Assembly (NCBI RefSeq): GCF_028641065.1
Contig: NW_026576614.1
Location: forward strand, 1-64,000
From: Leucoraja erinacea
Lineage: Eukaryota
Direction of reading: 5' to 3'
DNA: 64,000 nt
Part shown: piece by piece, positions 10,986-22,586 of the stretch
Layout of the letters: each line of letters starts with the position of its first letter
Numbering within the stretch: position 1 is the first letter of the stretch
The notes under the pieces: generated by a model
The model's database searches: none
What the model saw: the letters and a program-made list of their open reading frames with translations, nothing else
Told to the model about the DNA's origin: nothing
Translations under genes and position numbers: made by a program

Positions 10986-12384
10986 ATAGAAACATTTAAA
11001 CATGGAAAATCGGTGCAGGAGTTGGCCATTAGGCAATTCGAGCCAGTATCGCCATTCAATGTGATCATGGCTGATCATCCATGCTCAGTGCCCCGTTCCT
11101 GCCTTCTCCCCATATCCCTTGATTCCGCTAAACCAAAGAGACGTTTCTTTTCAATGTATCCAGTGAATCGGCCTCCACTGCCTTTTGAGGCAGAGAATTC
11201 CACAAATTCACAACACTCTGGTGAAAACGTTTTTCCTCATCTCCGTTCTAAATGCGCTACCCTATATTCTTACACTCTGCCCCCTGGTTCTGGACTCCCC
11301 CAACATCGGGAACATGTTCTATGCGTCTAGCTCGTCCAATCCCTTTATAATTGTATATGGTTTTATAAGATCCTCTCTCATCCTTCTAAATTCCAGTAAA
11401 TGCAAGCCCAGTCCTCCCATTCTTTCATCATATGACAGTCCCGCCATCCCGGGAATTAACCTCGTGAAACTACGCTGCACTCAATAAGAAGAATGTCATT
11501 CCTCAGGAGACCAAAACTGCACGCAATACTCCAGGCGTGGTCTCACAAGGGCCCTGTACAACTACAGAAGGACCTCGTTGCTCCTATACTCAAATCCTCT
11601 CGTTATGAAGGCCTTTCTTCACTGCCTGCTGTACCTGCGTGCTTACTTTCAGTGACTGGTGTACAAGGACACCCAGGTCTCGTTGCACTTCCCCTTATCC
11701 TGCAATATTCTGACTACATTCAGATCGTAATCTGCCTTCTCGTTCTTGCCACCAAAGTGGACAAACTCACATTTATCCACATTATACTGCATCTGCCATG
11801 CATCTGCCCACTCACCCAACCTATCAAAGTCACCCTGCATCCTCATAGCATCCTCTTCACAGTTCACACTGCCACCAGCTTTGCGGCGTCTGCAAATTTG
11901 CTAATGTTACTTTTAATTCCTTCATCTAAATCATGTATATATATTGTTAATAGCTGCAATCCCAGCACCGAGCTTTGTGGCACCCCACTAGTTACTGCGT
12001 CTCATTCTGAAAGGGACACGTTAATTCCTACACTTTGTTTCCGGTCTGCCAACCAATGTTCTTTCCATGTCAATACCCTACCCCCAATACCATATGTTCC
12101 AATTGTGCCCACTAATCTCCTGTGTAGGACATTGTCAAATGCTTTCCGAAAGTCCAGATACACTACATCCACTGGCTCTCCCTTATCCATATTTGTTGAT
12201 ACATCCTTAACAAATTGCAGAAAATTGCTCAAACAAGATTTCCCCTTCATAAATCCATGGTGACTCGGTCAAATTCTGTTACTCCTATCCAAATGCGCCG
12301 CTATTACATTGCCTCCACCATCTTCCCCACCGCTGCTCTATAATTTCCTGTTTCCTCTCTCCCTCCTTTCTTAAAAAGTTGGAT
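10986..12384 (-). mobile_element. CR1 LINE, degraded RT region
   Basis: ORFs 11649-11867 and 12002-12250 (VDVVYLDFRKAFD); paralog ~32755-34141. Confidence 0.85.
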
Positions 12385-12407
12385 AACAGTAGCCCTCCTC
12401 CAATCCA

Positions 12408-13094
12408 AGGGGAGTTGCAACGAGACTTGGGTGTCATGGTACACCAGTCATTGAAAGTAGGCATGCAGGTGTAGCAGGCAGTGAAGAAAGCGAATGGTAT
12501 GTTAGCATTCATAGCAAAAGGAATTGAGTATAAGAGCATGGAGGTTCTACTGCAGTTGTACAGGGTCTTGGTGAGACCACACCTGGAATATTGCGTACAG
12601 TTTTGGTCTCCTAAGCTGAGGAAATACAATCTTGCATAGAGGGAGTACAGAGAAGGTTCACCAGACTGAGTCCTGAAATGGCAGGACTTTCATATGAAGA
12701 AAGACTAGATAGACTCGGCTTGTACTCGCTAAAATTTAGAAGATTGAGGGGGGCATCTTATAGAAACTTACAGAATTCTTAAGGGGTTGGACAGGCTAGA
12801 TGCAGGAAGATTATTCCCGATGTTGGGGAAGTCCAGAACAAGGGATCACAGTTTAAGGATAAGGGGGAAGTCTTTTAGGACCGAGATGAGAAAAACATTT
12901 TTTAACACAGACAGTGGTGAATCTGTGAGGCAGGTACATGATACTCAGTTTGATGATCAGCCATGATCATATGGAGAGAAGGCAGGTACAGGATACTCAG
13001 TTTGATGATCAGCCATGATCATATTGAATGGCGGCGCAGGCTCGAAGGGCCGAATGGCCTACTCCTGCACCTATTTTCTATGTTTCTATGTTTC
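12408..13094 (+). mobile_element. CR1 LINE 3' fragment
   Basis: RDLGVMVHQSLKVG homology and TTTCTATG tail; paralog ~34165-34900 retains ~110 nt deleted here. Confidence 0.85.
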
Positions 13095-14014
13095 TGAAAA
13101 TCTAGGTGCACAATTTCTACAGCTTCCCTTCTGTGGGTCAAGATCGGCCCTTCACAAAACCATACTGATTTCGGCCTATTTTATCATGAACTTCTAAGTA
13201 CTATATGACCTCATCCTTTATAATTGTCTGTAAAATCTTACCAACCACCGAAGTCAGGATAACCGGCCTCTCGATTCTGCTCTTCTAGTTTGCTCCCTTC
13301 TTGTATAGCGGGGTGATATTCGTGATATTCCAATCTTCAGAAACCACTCCCAACTCTACTGATTCTTTTAATATCACAACTAATGTTTCGACAATCTCTG
13401 AAGGCACCTCCTTCAGAACCCCGGTGCAATCCATCCAGTCCAGGAGACTTATCCACCCGGACTTTTCAATTGCGTTCCCACCAGTATCCCGTATAAACGC
13501 TGTATAACATTTGTACGTGTTACTCGATTGCCCCATGCTTTATTACCTGTTTGTGGTATTTGTTAACCGCCTATTATCTACGTGTAAGTCACCTGGACTT
13601 TTCACCAACACATTTCAAACTCTCACGTTAAATAGTACTCGGAATTTATATATTTAATACCGGGCTGAGAGATGCCCTCACGATTTAGCATCATTTTATT
13701 CCACCCGACCTATCCTTGCCTGTTTGGCTTTAACATCAACTCGGCCGCTTTGTATCTTTCTCGCAAGCCATCGGGGAGTCGGGAAACCTAGAGATATTGA
13801 ATGTATTCCTTGATCCAAACATGCTCATGTTGATTGTGAACAGCGGGAGCTCCGTCATCTCTGGCGTTGCTCCTGACACACGGCGCAAGAAAGTCAAAAT
13901 GCATCGCGTCTCTGGTTTCCAACTTTTATATTTAGTGCAGTACGGCACCAAACATGATTGCTGTAATTTTTGACAATGTATCTGTGGGTCTAAACCGAGC
14001 GTTTTGTTTGCATT

Positions 14015-14506
14015 TCTTCGATTATGGCAGCATGGGACCCATACACAAATAAAAACATTTCTTCCATCGAACGTGTCCAAAGACAGGCAGCTCGAATTGT
14101 TACTAACACCTATGAGAGAGAAGCGAGTGTCACCAAACTTCTGAATTCTCTGTGGTGGAACCCTCTCCATGACAGACGTGAAGCTCACCGTTTGACCTGT
14201 TTTTACATAATGTTAAATGGTCAGCTCGACATAGACTACAAGACCTACACCAAACCCAAACCAATTAGGAGCAGACGAGGGCATTCGATCCAATTTGTGT
14301 ACAGCAATTCGTTCTTCCCCCGCACAATTAAAGCATGGAATAATCTCCACCCATCTATAGTTACCCAACCAGATGCAACTAAATTTAAAGTAGCTCTTTC
14401 TTCCCAATAATCCTTTCTGGCTTAAGCCCTCCCTTCACCACCTCCAGTTTAAATTCCATTTGGAATATTTTGGAGGACCAAGAAACCAAGAACCAAGAAC
14501 CAAGAT
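14015..14506 (+). mobile_element. Divergent CR1/L2-group LINE 3' fragment with (CAAGAAC)n tail
   Basis: AWDPY..IERVQRQAAR..NSFFPRTIKAWNNL; tail CCAAGAAACCAAGAACCAAGAACCAAGA; paralog ~35555-36068. Confidence 0.75.
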
Positions 14507-14757
14507 TAGAAATCGCAGCATTTCTCCCAACAGAAGTAAAACTAAATAGCCTGCAACACTCTTTCTCTCTCGCCATGTCTAAACTGTTGCTCTCTCTCTC
14601 GCTCTCTGCCTTGCTCCTTATGTCTCCGTATTTCTTTGACCTCCCCCCCCACCCTTCTCTCTTTCTCGCTCTCTCTCTCCCACATACATTTCTCGTCCCG
14701 ACCTTTTCTTTCTCCCTCTCCCCTCTCTCTCTCCCCTCCCTCTCTCTCGCACCCCCC

Positions 14758-14789
<32 letters not shown>

Positions 14790-14854
14790 AGATTTATTAA
14801 ATCGTCTGCCATTTTATTGAGCCCGTTCGTGTGTTACCAAGAAGTATAACCAAG

Positions 14855-15293
14855 GACCGTATTTCTCGGGGGCCTAAAACTAAGCGGAAGCTCAGAGGGG
14901 ACCGTGCCTTTGCTGTGTCGGCACCCAAATTATGGAACGATCTGCCTGTCCACATTAAACAGGCCTCTTCTCTGTCTGTTTTTAATTCACTTCTTAAAAC
15001 CCATCTCTTCTCCGTGGCCTTTGATACCCAGTAAGATGTCGACTTTATTTACTTGATTTAATTTCTTTTTTGATTGCTTTATTGCGTGGTTATTATTTTT
15101 ACTCATGTTTTATGTGTTTTAATTTAATGTTGTATTTCATATGTAATTTTTGTGCTTTATGTGAGCTGTTATGTTATGTTCTGTTATGTTGTCTGTTTAT
15201 GATGTCTTGTTTATTCTTCTGTACAGCACTTTGGTCAACATTGGTTGTCTTAAAGTGCTTAACAAATAAAGTTGGATTGGATTGGATTGGATT
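14855..15293 (+). mobile_element. L2-clade LINE 3' end with (GGATT)n tail
   Basis: GDRAFAVSAPKLWNDLP..LKTHLFSVAF*, T-rich 3'UTR, AATAAA then GGATT repeats; paralog ~36430-36866. Confidence 0.8.
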
Positions 15294-15859
15294 TCTACAT
15301 TCTTTGACACAAAACCACCCATATGTCCCCTTTATTCCTGTTGTTAAACCCATAGAAGCCACGTGAATCCACAAAGCTCGCTCGCCACGGCAGACCTCGA
15401 AGATAGACACAAAACGCTGGAGTAACTCAGCGGGCCAGACAGCATCTCTGGAGAGAAGGAACGTATTCTAACCTCTCCCCCCTGACCGTACAGCACTCCG
15501 CTCTTATTTATATATATATTTAAAAACTCTTTGAACCTGTTTATTTCCAACTCCCGCGTGGCATCTACCGTCTCAACGTTTCCACTCCTCTTACCTACTC
15601 TAACCGCCCCCCGCCCCCTCTGAACATACAGCCCCCCGCTCTTATTTATATGTATTTGTTCTTTCGGACACAGACTGCACCCCGTCTCTCTGTATCACTC
15701 CAGCAATTCAAAGATGGTTTAACATAGACTGTGTTGTGTCCAGTGACGTTTAGGCCCAATATGGAGACGTTTGGCTCCGAGTGCCACTTCTCACGGGTTC
15801 CCCGGATGAAAATATTTCTAGTGTGGAACCTAATCATACAATGAACGTTACTAATGACA

Positions 15860-16165
15860 TATAACCATATAACCATATAACAATTACAGCACGGAAACAG
15901 GCCATCTCGACCCTTCTAGTCCGTGCCGAACACATATTCTCCCCTAGTCCCATATACCTGCGCTCAGACCATAACCTTCCATTCCCTTCCCGTCCATATA
16001 ACTATCCAATTTATTTTTAAATGATAAAAGCGAACCTGCCTCCACCACCTTCACTGGAAGCTCATTCCACACAGCCACCACTCTCTGAGTAAAGAAGTTC
16101 CCTCTCATGTTACCCCTAAACTTCAGTCCCTTAATTCTCGTCATGTCCCCTTGTTTGAATCTTCC
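15860..16165 (-). mobile_element. CR1 short 3' fragment (ATATGGTT tail)
   Basis: ORF 15944-16144 NFFTQRVVAVWNELP; paralog ~37431-37745. Confidence 0.85.
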
Positions 16166-17009
16166 CTTCTTCCCTATACTTCCCTAGCATGCGTTATGTG
16201 GATACGTTTGTCCCTTTTTAGATGATAGAGTCAAACAGCACGGAAACACACCCCTCGGCCCAGCTTGTCCATACTGATCGATGTGCACCCACTACACTAA
16301 TCCTACCTGCTTGAATTTGGCCCATGTCGATCCAAACATTCCCTATCCATGTACCTGTCAAAATTTAGTAATACTTGTTATAGTTTCTGCCTCAACTAAC
16401 GCCAACGGTAGCTCTTTTCATATACCCACCACACGCTGTGTGAAAAGGTTTCAGCGCGGAGTTCTATTAAGACGTTTCCCTGCCACCTTGAACCCGTCTT
16501 CTTAAATCTGCTCTAGGTATAATACTCTAGGTAAAATAAACTCTCCCCATAGATCAAGACTCAAGTCAGGGCAAAATCCTCGTAACCTTGCTGCACTCTT
16601 TCCATCTTAACATCGTCTTAGTATAGTGGGGCTACCAAAACTGCCAACAATACTTCAACTATGGTCTAACCAGTGCTGTGTACCGCTGCAAGGTAACATC
16701 CCAACTTCTATATCTAATAAAGAATGAATGATGAGGCCAATGTGTCCAAAACATACTTGACCATCTCATTTAGATGTGTCGCCACTTTCATGGAACTGTG
16801 TACCTTCACTCCTAAATGTCTGTGTTCTACAACAAAGCAGTACCATTTAATGCGCCGGTCCTGCTAAAACAGCAGCACCTCACATTTATATGCATTAAAC
16901 TACATTAACCATTTCGCAACCTACTTAAACAACAGTTAAATCGTTTCTGCCTCAACTAACTCTTCCAGTTAAGTATCGGGAGCACCGCATCCGTTGTCCT
17001 CAGCCCACG

Positions 17010-17315
17010 GACGCACAGTGTCGCAGTGGTGGAGTTGCTGCCGGAGTCCCGGGTTCGATCCCGACTACGGGTGCTGTCTGTACGGAGTTTGTACGTTCTC
17101 CCCGTGACCTGCATTGGTTTTCTCCGAGAACTTCGGTATCCTCCCACACTCCAAAGACGTACACGTGTGTAGGTTAATTGGCTTGGCACATGTAAACATT
17201 GCCCCTAGTGGGTGTAGGATAGTGTTAATATGCAGTGATCGCTGGTCGGCGCGGACCCGATGGGCCGAAGGGCTTGTTTCTGCGCTATATCTCTAAACTG
17301 AACGAATCTAAACTG
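17010..17315 (+). mobile_element. tRNA-derived SINE (HE1 type)
   Basis: A-box-like GTCGCAGTGGTGG, B-box GGTTCGATCC, central core; paralog ~38585-38889. Confidence 0.85.
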
Positions 17316-17609
17316 ATCAAGATATATAATAAAAAGGGGTATATGGCGACAGGTCGAGTACGGGTTGTTCTGAGAGCCAGTCGTCTATTCTGAGAAAAAC
17401 CGTTACACTTGGACAACTGTGTTTCGGTTTTCACCGTGACTCACCAACACCCTTCACCCCTTCACCATCTCTATACCGATGGATGGACAGTGCGATCATC
17501 ATGAGTGAAGTTTCATCCAGTTAATTATCGGGAGCACAGCACCCATTGTCCTCAGTCCAACACAGTACCCCACCCCGACCCAGACCCAGGAATTGAGGCA
17601 GAAATGAGG

Positions 17610-17889
17610 CAGAATTAAGGGACCGAAGTTTAGGGGTAACATGAGGGGGAACTTCGTTACTCAGAGAGTGGTAGCGGTGGGGAATGAGCTTCCAGTGGGA
17701 GTGGTGGAGGCAGGTTCGTTGGTATCATTTAAAAATAAATTGGATAGGCATATGGATGAGAAGGGAATGGAGGGTTATGGTATGAGTTCAGGCAGGTGGG
17801 ACTAAGGGAAAAAAAGTTGTTCGGCACGGTCTTGTAGGCCGAGATGGCCTGTTTCCGTGCTGTAATTGTTATATGGTTATATGGTTATA
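17610..17889 (+). mobile_element. CR1 short 3' fragment (ATATGGTT tail)
   Basis: Reverse complement of the family at 2741; paralog ~39185-39461. Confidence 0.85.
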
Positions 17890-18734
17890 ACCTCCCTCCT
17901 GCAGCCCCACAAGCACCAACACCTCCGCTTCGCCTCATTCACAAATAATGGTTCACAAATGTAACCGCGGCCGCCATGAACGTTCCTTCCTTCGCTGAGA
18001 TAGTCGTGAGCTCTAGAGGTTTCTTAACCTCTGCACCTCCCTGTGTTCCAGTGATATACTCTTTGAGACCACATTTAAAATGCAACTTTTGGCTCTGACG
18101 AGGTATAACTTCCCACTCAATTATATCTAAATATGTGCAAAGTTTCAAGTAGTTCACAGACATGGGTGACGAAAGTTAAATTCTAGACACATTTTCGAAG
18201 CTCGGCCCATAGCTTACAATCAAATGTGACTTGCCTGGTATGCCAACTTGGTCGCAGGGGTAAGGTGACCTGAAAGGCCTGTTCATGTGCAGTACTGCTC
18301 TATAATTGAATAACTGGTCTCAATGAAAAACGCTGTTTATCCGGTTGGAATTTCTTACTTCACTACATAAGTCTTTGCACCCCGACCATCTCCATATATA
18401 TATATTTACACTTCTCTAGCCATTCAGCGAGACTTACGGCACATACAATATCGGTATGCAGCATTAAACTCGGCGTCCTGTCTTTCCTTATTCTTGACAC
18501 CCAAACTGCAGCTCCCACCTTCTCTTCAATCATCAACCCCAATGAAATGGCTTCACCCAATCCCTCAGACACCCATTTCACATCAAGATCTTTTGTGTGG
18601 GCATTCATAGAATTATTTGTGAGAATCCTTTGTTATAACTCACATCAAGTGTGGCTGATTAATGAAACGATCAATAAATGCTCACGTTTTAACGAAATAA
18701 AGCCCTGGCTTTAATAGGACTATTCACAAACCGG

Positions 18735-21700
18735 TGATAGACACAAATGTTGGAGAAACTTAGCGGGTGAGGCAGCATCTATGGAGGAAGGATATAGGCA
18801 ACGTTTCTTCAGACTGATGTGAGGGTGGGGTGGGGGGAGGGGGGGAGCGGGAAGAAAAAATGAAAAGGCGAGACAGTGATCTATGAAATGACAGTGAAAT
18901 GAAAAGCTATCGCCAAGCCTACGCTTGGTCTAACCGATGTAGAGCTGCTGACACCCAGAGCAGCGGGTGTAATAGATGAGGTTGGAGGAGGTGCAGGTGA
19001 ACCTCTGCCGCTCCTGGAAAGACTGCTTGGGACCTTTAATGGAGTCAAAATGGAGGTAAAGCGACAAGTGTGCCATTTCCTGCAGTTGCAAGGGAAAGTA
19101 CCGGGAGATGGGGCGGTTTGGGTGGGAAGGGACGAATTTAACAGGGAGTTACGGAGGGAGTGGTCTCCGCGGAAAGCAGACAGGGGAGGAGATGGGTAGA
19201 TGTGGCCAGTGGTGGGATCCCGTTGTAAGTGGCGAAAATGTCGGAGAATTATTTGTTGTACGTGACGGCTGGTAGGTGGAAGGTGAGGGCAAGGGGGACT
19301 CTGCCCTTGTTACGAGTAGGGGTATGAGGAATGAGAGCAGAGTTACGGGGTATAGAAGATACCCTAGTGAGAGCGTCGTCTATAGTAGAAGAGGGGAACC
19401 CTCGTTCCCTGATCAATTAGGACATCTCCGATGCCCTGGTGTGGAACACCTCATAGAAACATAGAAATTAGGTGCAGGAGTAGGCCATTCGGCCCTTCGA
19501 GCCGGTACCGCCATTCAATATGATCATGGCTGATCATCCAACTCAGTATCCCGTACCTGCCTTCTCTCCATACCCTCTGATCCCCTTGGCCAAAAGGGCC
19601 ACATCTAACTCCCTCTTAAATATAGCCAATGAACTGGCCTCAACAACCCTCTGTGGCAGAGAGTTCCAGAGATTCACCACACTCTGTGTGAAAATAGTTC
19701 TCCTCATCTCGGTTTTAAAGGATTTCCCCCTTATCCTTAAGCTGTGACCCCTTGTCCTGGACTTCCCCAACATCGGGAACAATATTTCTGCATCTAGCCT
19801 GTCCAACCCCTTAAGAAATTTGTAAGTTTCTATAAGATCCCCTCTCAATCGCCTAAATTCTAGAGAGTATAAACCAAGTCTATCCAGTCTTTCTTCATAA
19901 GACAGTCCTGACATCCCAGGAATCAGTCTGGTGAACCGTCTCTGCACTCCCTCTATGGCAATGATGTCCTTCCTCAGATTTGGAGACCAAAACGGTACGC
20001 AATACTCCAGGTGTGGTCTCACCAAGACCCTGTACAACTGCAGTAGAACCTCCCTGCTCCTATACTCAAATCATTTTGCTATGAAAGCCAACATACCATT
20101 CGCTTTCTTTACTGCCTGCTGCACCTGCATGCCTACCTTCAATGACTGGTGTACCATGACACCCAGGTCTCGCTGCATCTCCCCCTTTCCCAATCGGCCA
20201 CCATTTAGATAATAGTCTGCTTTCCTGTTTTTGCCACCAAAATGGATAACCTCACATTTATCCACATTATACTGCATCTGCCAAACATTTTCCCACTCAC
20301 CCAGCCTATCCAAGTCACCTAGCTGTCTCCTAGCATCCTCCTCCTCACAGCTAACACTGCCCCCCAGCTTAGTGTCATCCGCAAACCTGGAGATATTGCC
20401 TTCAATTCCCTCATCCAGATCATTAATATATATTGTAAATAGCTGGGGTCCCAGCACTGAGCCTTGCGGTACCCCACTAATCACTGCCTGCCATTGTGAA
20501 AAGGACCCGTTTACTCCTACTCTTTGCTTCCTGTTTGCCAGCCAGTTCTCTATCCACATCAATACTGAACCCCCAATGCCGTGTGCTTTAAGTTTGTATA
20601 CTAATCTCTCATGTGGGACCTTGTCGAAAGCCTTCTGGAAGTCCAGATACACCACATCCACTGGTTCTCCCCTATCCACGCTACTAGTTACATCCTCGAA
20701 AAATTCTATAAGGTTCGTCAGACATGATTTACCTTTCGTAAATCCATGCTGACTTTGTCCAATGATTTCACCACTTTCCAAATGTGATGCTATCCCATCT
20801 TTAATAACTGACTCTAGCAGTTTCCCCACTACCGATGTTTGACTAACTGGTCTGTAATTCCCCATTTTCTCTCTCCCTCCCTTCTTAAAAAGTGGGGTTA
20901 CGTTTGCTACCCGCCAATCTTCAGGAACTACTCCAGAATCTAAAGAGTTTTGAAATATTATTACTAATGCATCCACTATTTCTGGAGCTACTTCCTTAAG
21001 TACTCTGGGATGCAGCCTATCTGGCCCTGGGGATTTATCGGCCTTTAATCCATTCAATTTACCCAACACCACTTCCCGACTAACCTGGATTTCACTCAAT
21101 TCCTCCAACTCCTTTGACCCGCGGGCCCCTGCTATTTCCGGCAGATTATTTATGTCTTCCTTTGTGAAGACGGAACCAAAGTAGTTATTCAATTGGTCCG
21201 CCATATCCTTGTTCCCCATGCTCAACTCACCTGTTTCTGACTGCAAGGGACCTACATTTGTTTTAACTAATCTCTTTCTTTTCACATATCTATAAAAACT
21301 TTTGCAGTCAGTTTTTATGTTCCCTGCCAGTTTTCTTTCCTAATCCATATTTCCTTTCCTAATTAAGCCCTTCGTCCTCCTCTGCTGGTCTCTGAATTTC
21401 TCCCAGTCCTCCGGTATGCTGCTTTTTCTGGCTAATTTGTACGCATTATCCTTCGCTTTGATACTATCCCTGATTTCCCTTGTTATCCACGGATGCACTA
21501 CCTTCCCTGATTTATTCTTTTGCCAAACTGGGATGAACAATTTTTGTAGTTCATCCATGCAGTCTTTAAATGTCTTCCGTTGCATATCCACCGTCAACCC
21601 TTTTAGAATTAATTGCCAGTCAATCTTGGCCAATTCACGTCTCACACCCTCAAAGTTACCTTTCTTTAAGTTCAAAACCATTGTTTCTGAATTAACAATG

Positions 21701-22505
21701 TCACTCTCCATCCTAATGAAGAACTCAACCATATTATGGTCACTCTTGCCAAAGGGGGCACGCACAACAAGACTACTAACTAACCCTTCCTCATTACTCA
21801 ATACCCAGTCTAAAATAGCCAGCTCTCTCGTTGGTTCCTCTACATGTTGATTTAGATAACTATCCCGCATACATTCCAAGAAATCCTCTTCCTCAGCACC
21901 CCTGCCAGTTTGATTCACCCAATCTATATGTAGATTGAAGTCACCCATTATAACTGCTTTGCCTTTGTCGCATGCATTTCTAATTTCTTGTTTGATACCA
22001 TCTCCAACTTCACTACTACTGTGAGGTGGCCTGTATACAACACCCACCAGCGTTTTCTGCCCGTTAGTGTTTCGCAGCTCTACCCATACCGATTCCACAT
22101 CCTCCAAACTGCGTGCAGATGCGGCGTTGACGGAGGAATTGGGAGTAGGTGATGGAGTCCGTACAGGAAGCAGGGTGGGAAGAAGTGTAATCCAGATAGC
22201 CAAGGCAATCAGTGGATTTATAGTAGGTCGGTCAGTAAGTAGATGTATTGACCGACACCCACTGACTCCCATGGCTATCTTGACTACATTTCTCCAATTT
22301 CAGGTAGTCCCTGCTTTCTCCTCTCCTTCTCAACTCTCCCTCAGCATGTCTTCGCCTCTTCCTTTCTTCTCCTCCCCCCCCCACACCTCCCTCTCACATC
22401 TGTGTGAAGAAGGATCTCGACCCGAAACGTTGCCTATTGCCTTCGCTCCATGGATGCTGCCTCACCCGCTGAGTTTCACCAGCATTTTTGTTTACCTTGG
22501 ATTTT
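18735..22505 (-). mobile_element. Penelope-like element, unit-2 paralog, split by a CR1
   Basis: 18735-19452 and 22089-22505 align with 88-965 and 2385-2740/3490-3560; internal deletion in the endonuclease region. Confidence 0.8.
19453..22088 (-). mobile_element. CR1 LINE, most of ORF2 (APE and RT), relatively young
   Basis: ORFs 21340-22272 (VYRPP, GDFN, SDH), 20071-21285 (YLDFQKAFD, PQGSVLGP, FADD) and 19543-20037; absent from unit 1 (empty site CCTCATCCTGCG at ~2421). Confidence 0.95.
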
Positions 22506-22586
22506 CCAAGTGATCGGCTCTTGTGTACTTTAGTGTTCACCCACTCTGTCCACAGAAGCGAATGCTTCCCTGGAGATAGCGTCACA

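Larger units (their letters stand above)
1..18647. repeat. Tandem segmental duplication unit 1 (IgL cluster with flanks; left end may lie outside the window)
   Basis: Position 1 aligns to 18648; colinear homology runs to 18076 = 39650. Confidence 0.9.

Noticed and set aside
17010-17075. tRNA-like sequences with A and B boxes
   Set aside because: SINE heads continuing into the SINE core; no complete cloverleaf
15860-17889. Inverted pair of short CR1 ends resembling a composite transposon
   Set aside because: Diverged copies with different truncation points and no shared TSD; independent insertions
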